This document shows, piece by piece, positions 19,723-30,495 of a DNA stretch of 64,000 nt. Below the pieces are notes generated by a model. The model worked only from the letters and a program-made list of their open reading frames with translations. It did not search any database and was not told where the DNA came from. Both the position numbers and the translations under genes were made by a program. Location of the stretch: NCBI GenBank assembly GCA_963795855.1, contig CAWCIZ010000001.1, forward strand, positions 544,001 through 608,000, read 5' to 3'. The stretch comes from Vulcanimicrobiota bacterium. Its GTDB lineage: Bacteria; Vulcanimicrobiota; Vulcanimicrobiia; Vulcanimicrobiales; Vulcanimicrobiaceae. Position 1 is the stretch's first letter, and every line of letters begins with the position of its first letter.

Positions 19723-21539
19723 TCACAGCGGTGCTTCGTCAGTGAAACGTTTCAGCCGGCGTACCTGCTCGAGTTGCGTATTGATCGCCGCAAAGCCGTT
19801 CGCCATGGCAGCATGCATGGCCCGAACTTCCGTCGCCAAGCCGTTATCGCTTGCCGCCTGCTTTTGTGAAAGCACATCCAGAGACGCTGCGATGCCATGT
19901 GCTAGCTCCGCAATAGCCTGTGATTCGTCGGGCGCATACGTTTCTTCGGAGCGCTTTGGACCTAGTACCAGCGCCCCGACGAGCCGCCCCCGCGCAACCA
20001 TCGGGTACGCAAACTCTCCGCGTAGCTGCGTTTGCGTTCGATGCAAATCGAGAACTCGGTGCCAAGTACGCAGGGAAACAATTGCCGGATCGTTTTCACT
20101 CACGCTGCCGTACGAGCCGGCGCCGTCGTCCAGCGCAAGACGCGCAAACGACGCCTCCGCGTGCTGCTCGAGCACTTGCACCGTGCGCGCAATCAGCGTT
20201 TGCGGGTCAGTGATGTACGCGGCCTCGTGCGCAAAGCGGCGAATGGCCTGTTCGTCCTCATGGCGCTTACGGAAGAAGACGCGGTCCAGTACGTGTTCAA
20301 CGCGCGCGCTCACGACGTGAATCGAGAGTCCGAGTGCAAGCGCTACAGCCGCGCCGGCCACCAGGCTCGCCGTATGATTCATCTGCTGCAGCCACGAGCC
20401 GAGCGCCCATTCCACGAGCACGAACGCGCCAACGACGATGAATGACACGACGGAAAAGATCGCCACGCGGTTCAGTGCAAAACCGATATCGAGCAGGCGC
20501 CGGTTAAGCAGCGCGTACGTCATGCCGAGGGGTGCTAGGAACGAGCCGACGTTGTCGAATTCATAGGCAACTACCAGCGCCGTCCCCCGGGCCGACGTCG
20601 GAAAGATCCCGGCTGCCAAGAAACTGAACGCGCCGAAAAACAAATAGAGTCCGACGGATGCCGTTGACCATGCGATGCGGGCCCGCTCCTTTCCGCGCGC
20701 CGCCACGATTCCCGCGATTGCGCAGGCGATCGCCAAGAAATACGGTACTGCGGCCCACTCGAGGTGCCAGTCAGGCCCCAGCGTTTGCGCCTCCCAGGCT
20801 TTGCTGCCAGTCCAGAGCATGGCAAGGCGTGCAGCCTCGTACACTGCAACGGCGGCGCATAACGCATACGTTAGGCCCGAGAGTATCATGCGCATCGGCG
20901 AAGGCGGCCGCCCGAAGATCAGTGCGTATCTCACTAGCAAAGCGGGCTGAGCGACGGTCAACGCAGAGCCAATCATCGCACCTATTACGTCGGCGCTTGG
21001 TGATACTGTAAGCCAGACTTCCGGCTTGCAGACCGGCCGCAGCAGGAATGAGTGCGAGGAGCGTGCAGAGTATGCGCGCTTCAAGCGAACCTGCCCGCCG
21101 CCACGCGATCAAAAATGCAAAGCCGAGCAGCCAAAACGACGCCGCGGCCCACAATAATGTGTCCCAGCGCCACGCGGGCTTCTCGCCGCTGCGATACAGC
21201 ACCCGAATTGTGCGCGCACCATGAGTAACGATTACCGGAATCTGCTCGTGCGGATGTACGCCCGTGAACAATCGGTAGCGATCACCCGGAGAGAGATCGC
21301 GCACGTGAATCAAGTCGCCCGCTCGTAAACCGCTAACGTCGGCTGCGGCGCCCGGATCGATGGAAGCGATACGAGCCAACGCGGGGTTCGGCGTGATGCT
21401 CGACCTGAAATCCAAGCGCCGAAGACGCCTCGACGGACATAGTAAAGAGGCTATACGAATTGATTGCCGTGCTGAGAAAGCAGAGCATCAACAGGAGCGG
21501 CCGCCACAGGCGGGTCGAGCTGGGTGCGCCGGCCTCCAC
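19723..21539 (-). CDS. Membrane sensor-like protein: PDZ + multi-TM + GAF-like, frameshifts near 21415 and 21020
   Basis: IDPGAAADVSGLRAGDLI (PDZ); many TM segments; YALLNRRLLDI; YPMVARGRLVGALVLGPKRSEETY (GAF-like). Confidence 0.7.
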
Positions 21540-21606
21540 GCCGAATACTTACGGCGCGGCTGCCGCCATTCCCTCAGAACTGGTGGGTCTGCGTCGCTTA
21601 ACCGAC

Positions 21607-21636
21607 AAAAAAGGCGGCGCGTTCTGCGCCGCCTTC
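21607..21636 (-). terminator. Intrinsic terminator of nrdJ
   Basis: Minus strand AAGGCGGCGC-agaac-GCGCCGCCTTTTTT. Confidence 0.8.
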
Positions 21637-21657
21637 GTACGTCGAGGGCGGGTACTT

Positions 21658-24600
21658 TTACGAGCACCCACTCGTCGCTCCGCACGAATCGCACTTTTCG
21701 CACGATCCGTTACGCACCATGGTAAGTTGCCCGCACTCGCTGCACGCGTTACCGGTGTAGCCTTTTGCACGCGCGGCCGTGACTTGTTCGGAACGCGGCA
21801 CGGTTGCCACGCCGGTGGAAGACGAGACGAGTGATGGATCTCGCCGTTCGTGTCGGCGCTCCTCCGCAACGACGTGCGGCGTCTCTTCCGGTTCGTGCGT
21901 ATGCGACCCGGGATGCAGATGCGTGCTCGTGGGATGCAGTTTCTCTTGCACCTTCGCCGGGACGTAACGCACTTCGCCGGTTTCCTCGGCAACGTACTCT
22001 TCCTCGACTTGAGGACCCATCGCGTCCATTTCCATGCTCGGCTGGACGTGTGCGAGCTCGTACCGCCCGAGATAGCTGACGGCGAGTTCGCGGAAGATGT
22101 AGTCGAGAATCGACGTCGCCATCTTTATGTGATTATGACCGACGACCGGACCATTCGGCTCGAACCTCGTGAAGGTGAACGCCTCGACGAACTCTTCGAG
22201 CGGCACGCCGTGCTGCAACCCCAGCGAAACCGCGATCGCGAAGTTGTTCATCAGCGAACGGAACGCCGCGCCTTCCTTGTGCATGTCGATGAATATCTCG
22301 CCGAGTTGGCCGCCTTCGTATTCGCCGGTGCGCAGGTAGACTTTGTGTCCGCCGACGATCGCTTTTTGCGTGTAGCCGCTGCGGCGTTCGGGCAGACGGC
22401 GGCGCTTGGCGATATAGCGGTAGACGATGCGTTCCGCAACCTGCAGCGGCGTTTGGAAAGGCGCGGGCGCGAGTGCGTCCTCTTCGGGCATCTCGCCCCC
22501 GAGATCGTACGTCGCGGCCAGCGGTTGAGAGAGCTTCGATCCGTCGCGATAGAGCGCGACGGCTTTAATCATGCGCTCCCACGAGTATTGGTACGCTTCC
22601 TTGACCTCGGCAATCGTCGCGTGCTGCGGCAAGTTGATCGTCTTTGAAATCGCACCGCTGACGAACGGCTGAGCCGCAGCCATCATGTCGATGTGCGCGA
22701 GCGGGCGGATGTAGCGAGAACCGTGTTTGCCGCACGGTGTCGCGCAGTCGAATACCGGCAGGTGCTCGTCTTTGAGATGCGGCGCGCCCTCGAGCGTCAT
22801 GCGTCCGCAAATGACGTCGGACGCTTCCTCGATTTGCTGCTGCGTGAAGCCGAGGCCGTCACGCAGAATCGAGAAGTTCCAGTCGCCGAGCTGTTCATCG
22901 GTGAAGCCGAGCTTCTCTTTGCAGAACTCCTCGGTGAGGATGTACTTATTGAACGCAAACTGAAGCTCGAACGCACTCGGCAGGGCAGCTTCGATGCGCG
23001 CTAAGCGCTGCATCGTCGAAGCCTTTGGCACGCAGCGTGGCGCGGTTGACGTGCGGCGTGCTCTCGAGCGTGCCGGTGCCCTTGGCGAACGTTTCGATTT
23101 CGCGGATCTGCTCTTCGTTATACCCGAGATGACGCAGCGCGTGCTCGACCGACTGATTGACGATCTTGAAGTAGCCCCCGCCGGCAAGTTTCTTGAATTT
23201 TACGAGTGCGAAATCCGGCTCGATACCGGTCGTGTCGCAATCCATAACTAGGCCGATGGTGTTGTGCGAAATGAAGCCGTTAGCGATGTACGTAACGTTC
23301 GCCGGCACCGACAGATCGTACGTGAGCTGTTCGCCGCCCTCTTCATTCGAGACGATAGTATCGTAGTAGAAATCTAGCGCCGAGGAGAGGCGCTCGTCGC
23401 CGGTGCGCTCCAGGACCTGCGTCGCGACGTTGCGCGAAAGCGCGCCGGGAGTGCGCTTATGACTGTTGTAGAGCGCGGCTTTCGAAACCGTACCCGATGC
23501 TACAAGCTCGCGGAACGCCGTTTCGCCGATATAAACGTTGTCGCGCTTGCGGGCGCCCATGAATCCCGCGCACTGCGCGAACTTGTACGTATACGAGATG
23601 TTCACCAGGCGCGTGCAATACGTCGCGGACTGGCCCCAGCCGGAGAGACCGATCTTCGTCGTCGTCGGCATGCCGAGAAGGAGAAGCAACGACTTGACCT
23701 CTTCCGAGAACTCGCGGCACGTTGTGGTCCAACTTGGCATGCCATTCGTAACGGTGCCGTCGGCCTCGAACAGACCTCGCACGAAAGCGCCGTATGTTGC
23801 TGGATCGTTTGTGGCAAGCACCGCGTCCGGAATGCGCGGCATATAGCCTTTCCCGCTGTGTTCGGCAGACGGCGGCAGTTTCTTGAAACCACAAGCGTCC
23901 CACCACTGAACTAGCGGCACGGAGTTGATTGCAACTTCGGTATAGCCGGTCTTGGCCGTTACCGTTGCATCAATGTTGAAGAGATGTTTGCTCAGCCGAC
24001 GCAGTCGGTCGACGACGTCTTCGTCTTGTGCGGCCACGCAAAAGCGCAGGCCCTTACTGTGGAACGACCCGTCGCCCATAAAATAACCAGTGAGTTCGGC
24101 GAGGTCGGGCGTCATGACGCGCGGGACGCGCGTCGAGTAATTGCCCGTCCAGTATTCTTCACCCAGCGGTGCGAGGCGAACGTTGTGCGGTTCGCCGACG
24201 AACGTTCCCATCGAGAGCGCGGCAACGTCGCCGGAGGAAACATCCGCCATGCGCTTCCATTCCATGTCGCCCGTCTGCTGATCGATCACTTTGATTCGGT
24301 GCGTCGGCGTGCCCTGAATCACGTAGCCGCTCCTTGTTTGAATGCGGCGCGTGTGCTCGATGCCGTTGATGAAAAACTTCGTCGCGCGCTGCTCACCTTC
24401 ATCGGTCAGCACGCGGAAGTCTGCATCTTGCCACTTCTCGCCATCGACATTGCCGAGGCGGTTCAGGCGCATCAGGCCGCGATCCGTGACCACGAGCGAA
24501 TTGCCGGTGAGGCATCCGGTCGGAGCGATCACGACCGTTTGCGCGTTGCGGAACCCGGCTACCTCGCCGATCGTAAGCGCCTCGTCCCACATTTTGCGCG

Positions 24601-26516
24601 CAAGCGCCCAGACGTTTTGGGTGAACAGCGTCGGCGCGTGCGTTACGGGTTTTACGGTCAGCGCTTCGTACTGGTCTTTGGCGGCATCATAGGCGGCCCG
24701 CCGATGATTGCGAATCACGCGAAGCATCGGTTGCGCGTTTGCCTCGAAGCGCGCGAACGGCCCAAGTTGCTGCGCCATTTCGGCGGACGTGCGGTACGCG
24801 GCGCCGGTCATGAGCGAAGTGATCGCTGCGGACCACCCGAACGATTCTTCCGAGTCGTACGGCAGCCCCAGGCGCATCAAGAGCGTGCCGAGGTTCGCAT
24901 ACCCCAAACCCAGCGTGCGATACCCGTGGTTTTTCGCCGCAATTTCCTTCGACGGCATTTGCCCCATTGCGACCGATATCTCGAGCGTCGTCGTCCAAAT
25001 CCGCGATGCTTCCGCGAAGCGCTTCTCGTCGAACGTGTCGTTGTCGTCGAGGAATTTGACGAGGTTCAAGCTGGCGAGGTTGCACGCCGTATCGTCGATG
25101 AACACGTACTCGCTGCATGGATTCGTGGCATTGATACGATCGTCGTTCGGGCACGTGTGCCATTCTTGAATCGTGTCGTCGTACTGTAGTCCCGGATCCG
25201 CGCATTGCCATGCTGCAACGGCGATCTGTTCCCATAGATCGCGCGCTTTGATGGTTTTAACGATGGCGCCCGTGGTGCGCGCGGTCAAATTCCAATCGGT
25301 ATCGTTATTGAGTGCGTCGAAAAACGCGTTGGACAAGCGGACGGAGTTGTTGGAATTCTGCCCGGAAACCGTGGCGTAGGCGTCGGAATCCCAATTCGTG
25401 TCGTACTGCTCGATCCGCAGCGACGTGTAGCCTTGGCGCGCGTAGTCGAGCGCAGTCTGCACCGCACCGGACGGAACGCCGCCGCTGAGCGCGGAGCGGA
25501 CCACCGTTTTGAGGTGCGGATTCAAATACGGATCGAACCGCGCGTTTTCGGCGATGCGGGTGTCGTGTGCGGCGCCGATGATCGCGTTCATGTGCTGCTC
25601 GAACATGCGCGAGCCGATCACGAGGTCCGCGACCTTGCGTTCTTCGCGAACCTTCCAATTCACGAACTCCTCGATGTCCGGATGATCGGCGTTGAGTACG
25701 ACCATCTTGGCGGCGCGACGCGTTGTGCCGCCGGACTTGATCGCGCCCGCAGCACGATCGAATACTTTAAGGAAAGACATGAGACCGGAGCTCGTGCCGC
25801 CGCCGCTGAGCTTTTTCGCCCGAGCCGCGAATCTTAGAAAAATTTGCGCCGCTGCCCGAACCGCCCTTGAAAATGCGCGCTTCTCGCACGACGCCGTCGA
25901 AAAGGCCGCCCTCGTTGACGAGGTCGTCTTCGACCGACAGGATGAAGCACGCGGAAACTTGCGGGTGTTCGTACGCGTTGGCGGAGCGCGTCAGCTCGCC
26001 GCTCTTCGGATCGACGAAGTAGTGACCTTGAGCCGGTCCCGCGATGCCGTACGCCCAATGCAAACCGGTATTGAACCACTGCGGGCTGTTCGGCGCGCCG
26101 ATTTGGCGCGCGAGCATCGCGCACATTTCGTCGTAATAGATTTGCGCGTCGTCTTGGCTGTCGAAGTAGCCGTTCTTGAAACCCCAGTACGTCCAGCACC
26201 CCGCAAGCCGGTTGAAAACCTGGCGCGAGTCGCGCTCCGCGCTGAAATCGGTATCGCCGGACGGCTCGGACCGCCACAACCACTCGGGAACGCCGTCCTC
26301 CGGAATGCGCTGAAGCTCCGTGGGCACGCCGGCCTTCCGGCAATACTTCTGCGCCAGCACGTCGACCGCGACCTGACTCCACCCCGCCGGAACCATGACG
26401 TCGTTGGCTTCGAAGATGACGGAGCCGTCGGGGTTGACGATGCGAGAGGTACGGGGTTCGAAGGTAAGACCGGCGTAGGGTTCGCCTGGGGCCGAGTAGG
26501 TGCGGCGGAATTTCAT
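21658..26516 (-). CDS. nrdJ: Vitamin B12-dependent (class II) ribonucleotide reductase containing an intein; frameshifts near 25814 and 23003
   Basis: [58 protein letters not shown]-terminal TSCPD-like domain and Zn ribbon. Confidence 0.95.
23261..24514 (-). mobile_element. Intein (418 aa) with LAGLIDADG homing endonuclease
   Basis: Starts CLTGNSLV, block [20 protein letters not shown] and [10 protein letters not shown], ends YDLSV...ANGFISHN followed by Thr +1. Confidence 0.95.
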
Positions 26517-26610
26517 CGAGGCTCCTTCCTCCGATGCGTGGAGGACCCGTTCACTTCGAGCAAAGCGTATCGAACACCTGTTCGGTAGATTGGGTCTCTT
26601 GGTGGTAGAG

Positions 26611-26658
26611 TGCCCATAAATTGTACTACCGAGGCATGCCAGATACAAGATATGGTGG
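26611..26658 (-). promoter_or_regulatory. Tandem NrdR boxes
   Basis: ccaCCATATCTTGtat (26643-26658) and gtaCAATTTATGGgca (26611-26626), 32 bp apart, upstream of nrdJ. Confidence 0.75.
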
Positions 26659-26802
26659 TCGGCACCTTGTGTGCAACGTGTCGACAACGCAAATTTCTTG
26701 TGTACGGCTGCGGCGGGTTTGGTGGAAAAGGTGCGTCCTGCGTGAAGGCGCTGTGGAAAGTTCCGAGGATAGCGGGGAAAAGTGGCCCAATCGCACCTGT
26801 GC

Positions 26803-27288
26803 ATGCTCGGACCCAATCGCTTTGCGCCCCGCCTCTACGACATTCCGCTCGCCGAGCTGTGGGAGATGGGCATCCGCGGCTTGATCGTCGATCTCGACAA
26901 CACGCTGCTCGGCTTTCGGGAGACCGAACTGGCCGCCGAACACCTTGCCTGGGTAGAAGACGCGCACGAGCGAGGCTTCGCCATGGTCATGGTTTCGAAT
27001 AATTTCAGCGAACGGGTGCGCGGCATTGCGGCCCAACTGCGGATCGAATGCATTCCAAATGCGCTAAAACCGCTGCCTTTCGGCTTCTGGCGCGCGATGC
27101 AGCATTTGAAACTTCCGCGCAAGCAGATCGCGGTCGTGGGCGACCAGCTCTTCACGGACGTGCTTGGCGCGAAATTCAGCGGCAACTTGTATACGATTTT
27201 GACCGAGCCGATCGAGAGCAAAGACTTCGCGATAACCCAGATGTTCCGGTTTTTCGAGCGGTTGATGCTTCCGGAGCGCCGGCGGTGA
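26803..27288 (+). CDS. yqeG: YqeG family HAD IIIA phosphatase
   Basis: DLDNTL, SNN, KP, VGDQLFTDV. Confidence 0.9.
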   Translation: MLGPNRFAPRLYDIPLAELWEMGIRGLIVDLDNTLLGFRETELAAEHLAWVEDAHERGFAMVMVSNNFSERVRGIAAQLRIECIPNALKPLPFGFWRAMQHLKLPRKQIAVVGDQLFTDVLGAKFSGNLYTILTEPIESKDFAITQMFRFFERLMLPERRR

Positions 27289-28028
27289 AGCTCGCGCTCA
27301 TCGGCGATCCGGTTTCGCACAGCCGCAGCCCGCGGATGCAGCGCGCGTTCATGGAAGAAGCGGGCATCGAAGACGGCAGTGACGTCGCGATTCGCGTGCC
27401 GAAAGGAAACGGCGTGGACGTCGTTCGGCGCATGCGGATGGACGGCTACACCGGCGTCAACGTCACGACGCCGCTCAAAGAAGAAGCGGTTCGCGCATGC
27501 GATGAAGTCACGCAGGAAGCGGAAGCGGTTCAGGCCGTCAACGTGATTTTCTTCGGGCGAAAGACGCTCGGTCACAACACCGACGGCATCGGCGCACGCG
27601 TGGCGCTCGAAACGATTCTAACGCAGCCGGTTGCGCTGGAACGCATCGGCGTTCTCGGCACCGGTCCGACGGCGCGCGCGATACTCGCGCAACTCGCCGA
27701 AACCGATGCGTACACGTACGTTTGGGGGCGCGATCGCGCGAAGGTCGAACAGATCTGCGAGCGGTTCGAAGCGAAACCGTGGCCGGACGATGGGCCGGAA
27801 ATCGTTATATCAACGCTTCCGTCGGGCGTTAAATTGCCGGCGCACCTGGTGCAGCAACTTCTCGCGGCCGATTGCGTCATGGATACGAATTACGGCGAGC
27901 GCGCGACGCTCGAGCGGCAAGTGCACCGCGAGATCGTGCAAGGGGATTTGATGCTGGAAGCGCAAGCGCGTGCGTCCTTCGATTTTTGGCTCGCGCACGC
28001 TCAGGCGCTGGTCGAGGAGCAGCTCTAG
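27285..28028 (+). CDS. aroE: Shikimate dehydrogenase
   Basis: IGDPVSHSRSP, NVTTPLK, HNTDG; follows yqeG as in the conserved yqeG-aroE arrangement. Confidence 0.85.
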   Translation: MKLALIGDPVSHSRSPRMQRAFMEEAGIEDGSDVAIRVPKGNGVDVVRRMRMDGYTGVNVTTPLKEEAVRACDEVTQEAEAVQAVNVIFFGRKTLGHNTDGIGARVALETILTQPVALERIGVLGTGPTARAILAQLAETDAYTYVWGRDRAKVEQICERFEAKPWPDDGPEIVISTLPSGVKLPAHLVQQLLAADCVMDTNYGERATLERQVHREIVQGDLMLEAQARASFDFWLAHAQALVEEQL

Positions 28029-28813
28029 CCCGTTTTTGCGAGCCATCGCGCAACGTTGCGCGCGAAGTCTTTGAACATTTCGCTTGCGCCGCCGTCGTGA
28101 TCGCTCATGCTGCCGTCGGAGAAGTGATGCAGGCACGACGTCGCGACTGCGCGTCCGCACGTCCGTCCGTCGCTGCAGCGTTCGTCGTCGATCGCAATGG
28201 CGACGTTGGCAGCGGGTCCCGGTTCGCCGGCGGCCGATACCGCGATCACGCGCGCGAACGGCGCATACGGCGGCACGGAAATCGCCGTTTCGTGCGCGGC
28301 TGCGGGGAAGTACTCGATGACGCCGCTCGCCGAACGTTCCGTTCGCAGCAGTTCGTGAACCGGCTCGAGGGGGACGATGCGTTGATACTCGCCCTCGTCA
28401 TGGCGCAGGCGTTCAAGGACGGTCCGCAAGCCGCGACGGCGCAGTTGCCGGTTGTAACTGCGGAAGTGGTTCACCAGTCCGACGCTGCCGAGGTTCAGCA
28501 GCGAAACGCCGACGTTCTCGCGGTCCCGCGAGGTGAAGATGCCGCCGCCGGCTTCGCGGAATCTCAGGATGCCGCGCACGTCCGCGGGTGCGAGTCCGTT
28601 GCCGCGATCCGCGGCGAACAGCCAGAGTTCGTCAAAGTCGGAAGTATCGAGTGCCGATAGCACCGGATCGCTGCCGCCGGGTCCGGGCTCGCGGTTTCGC
28701 GCGACGACCGTGTGGCCTTCGGCGCGCAGCAGCGCGACCAGGGAGGAAAACCGGTCGATCTGCCATTCGCCGTCGCCTTCACGAAGCGTCGTCTGCACCA
28801 GGAGATTCGCCAT
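28025..28813 (-). CDS. Conserved hypothetical protein (possible GATase1-like fold)
   Basis: LVQTT, FDELWLFAAD, FREAGGGIF; typical codon usage. Confidence 0.6.
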   Translation of the reverse strand: MANLLVQTTLREGDGEWQIDRFSSLVALLRAEGHTVVARNREPGPGGSDPVLSALDTSDFDELWLFAADRGNGLAPADVRGILRFREAGGGIFTSRDRENVGVSLLNLGSVGLVNHFRSYNRQLRRRGLRTVLERLRHDEGEYQRIVPLEPVHELLRTERSASGVIEYFPAAAHETAISVPPYAPFARVIAVSAAGEPGPAANVAIAIDDERCSDGRTCGRAVATSCLHHFSDGSMSDHDGGASEMFKDFARNVARWLAKTG

Positions 28814-28917
28814 GCACCAAGCCCTTTCGAACGTTACGGCTGCTCCGAACTGTTGTATGAACGTCAGTTTGCCGAGACGAGTTCGCGGACAAACGCCGGG
28901 CCGCTTAGCCGGCTATG

Positions 28918-28942
28918 AAAAAAAAGACCCGCGGGTCTTTCT
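28918..28942 (-). terminator. Terminator after tRNA-Ser
   Basis: AAAGACCC-GC-GGGTCTTT palindrome followed by a T-run on the minus strand. Confidence 0.65.
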
Positions 28943-28951
28943 TCATTCATT

Positions 28952-29039
28952 CGGAGAGGGGGAGATTCGAACTCCCGAGACGCTCAACACGTCTGCTCGC
29001 TTTCCAAGCGAGTGCATTCGACCACTCTGCCACCTCTCC
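28952..29039 (-). tRNA. tRNA-Ser(GGA)
   Basis: GGAGAGG acceptor stem, CTCGC-TTGGAAA-GCGAG anticodon arm, long variable arm, GTTCGAAT; CCA not encoded. Confidence 0.95.
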
Positions 29040-29043
29040 ACGG

Positions 29044-29865
29044 TCAGCCCGTCGATTGGACGGGGGTGGCGGAAATGCCTTGCGCGCCCTCGCGTCTTGC
29101 GAGAAGTGCTTCGAGTTCCGGCGCGGGCAGCGGGCGGCCGAAGTAATAGCCTTGGGCGAGTTGCGTGCCGCAGTCGCGCAAAAAATGCCATTGGGCATCG
29201 GTCTCCACGCCTTCGGCAATGACTTTGAGTCCGAGTGCGTGCGCCATCGCGATGATCGCGGAAACGATTGCGAGATCGTTCCCATCTTCCGGAATATCGC
29301 GCACGAACGACTTGTCGATCTTCAACACGTCGATTGGAAAGCGCTTAAGATAACTGAGCGATGAATAGCCGGTGCCGAAATCGTCGAGCGAAAGTCCGAT
29401 GCCGAGCGACTTCAGTTGGCGCATGACGCCGACGCTCTCTTCCGCGTTGTGCATCGCAATCGTTTCCGTAATCTCGAAATCCAGATCGGACGGATTGAAA
29501 CCGGTTGCGGCGATCGCCTCTTCCACCTGTTTCATCAAATTGAAGTGGAGAAATTGCCGGCCCGACAGATTCACCGCGAGGCGAAGACGCTTTTGAAAGA
29601 GCAGCTGCCAGCGCCGCACTTGCTCGGCGCCGGTACGCAGCGCCCACTGGCCCAGCTGAATGATGAACCCTGAAGTTTCCGCATGCGGAATGAACTGGTC
29701 GGGCATCGTGATCGAGTGGTCGCGCTGCGGCCACCGGCACAGCGCCTCGACGCCGACGATTTCGCCGTCGCTCAAATTCACGACCGGCTGATAATATAGC
29801 TCGAATTCCCCGTAGCTCAGCGCGTTCGCGAGGCGCTGATGCATCGGAACCAGGCGGTGACTCAC
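29044..29865 (-). CDS. Stand-alone EAL domain c-di-GMP phosphodiesterase
   Basis: YQP, EAL, EITE, DDFGTGYSS, KID, EGVE, QGY all intact. Confidence 0.9.
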   Translation of the reverse strand: MSHRLVPMHQRLANALSYGEFELYYQPVVNLSDGEIVGVEALCRWPQRDHSITMPDQFIPHAETSGFIIQLGQWALRTGAEQVRRWQLLFQKRLRLAVNLSGRQFLHFNLMKQVEEAIAATGFNPSDLDFEITETIAMHNAEESVGVMRQLKSLGIGLSLDDFGTGYSSLSYLKRFPIDVLKIDKSFVRDIPEDGNDLAIVSAIIAMAHALGLKVIAEGVETDAQWHFLRDCGTQLAQGYYFGRPLPAPELEALLARREGAQGISATPVQSTG

Positions 29866-29871
29866 AAGCGG

Positions 29872-30495
29872 TTACGTTGGATGTCCCGGGCCGGTCTGCC
29901 TACCAAGCGGTAGGAGGCTACTGTAAAAAGCGATGCGGGCTGCCTCCTCGGCAAGATCCGTGCTGAGAAAGGCCGCTTCGAGGGTCGGCCCGACCACCGA
30001 AACGCCGTGGCGTTCCATGAGCACCACGTCGCATCCGCGGCCGAACTGCTCGGCGGCCACCTGCGCGAGCTCGAGGGACCCGGGCGGCCTATACGGCGTC
30101 CACGCCACCTCGCCGAGCGTCTCGCGGGCGCCCACAGTGTCGCGTGCGAACACGCGTCCCAGCTTCGAGCAGACGACGCAGAACGTCGGATGCGTGTGAA
30201 TGACGGCGCGAACGTCGGGTCGGGCCCGGTACGCTGCAAGGTGTAGCGGCAGTTCGCTGCTAGGATGCTGCCCCAGCTCGCGCGCCGCGCCGTTCTCGGC
30301 GGTTCGAACGATGTCGTCCACCCCGAGCGCCCGCAGCGACATCATCGTCGGCGTGACGAGCACATCGCCATCCGCCAGACGAACGCTGACGTTGCCGCTG
30401 GAACCGGTTACGAGACGCCGCTGCCATAAAAGCGCGCTGTACTCGACGAGGGCCGCTCGCGCTTGCGGTTCGCTTAGATACCCGCCGGATGCCAA
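29872..30495 (-). CDS. Class II aldolase/adducin family protein
   Basis: GNVSVR, PSSELPLH, HTH, HG; start approximate. Confidence 0.85.
   Translation of the reverse strand: MASGGYLSEPQARAALVEYSALLWQRRLVTGSSGNVSVRLADGDVLVTPTMMSLRALGVDDIVRTAENGAARELGQHPSSELPLHLAAYRARPDVRAVIHTHPTFCVVCSKLGRVFARDTVGARETLGEVAWTPYRPPGSLELAQVAAEQFGRGCDVVLMERHGVSVVGPTLEAAFLSTDLAEEAARIAFYSSLLPLGRQTGPGHPT

Noticed and set aside
21658..26516. Split or three-gene RNR, or a split intein
   Set aside because: The breaks are single-base shifts inside conserved stretches and outside the intein. No RBS or start pattern for separate subunits.
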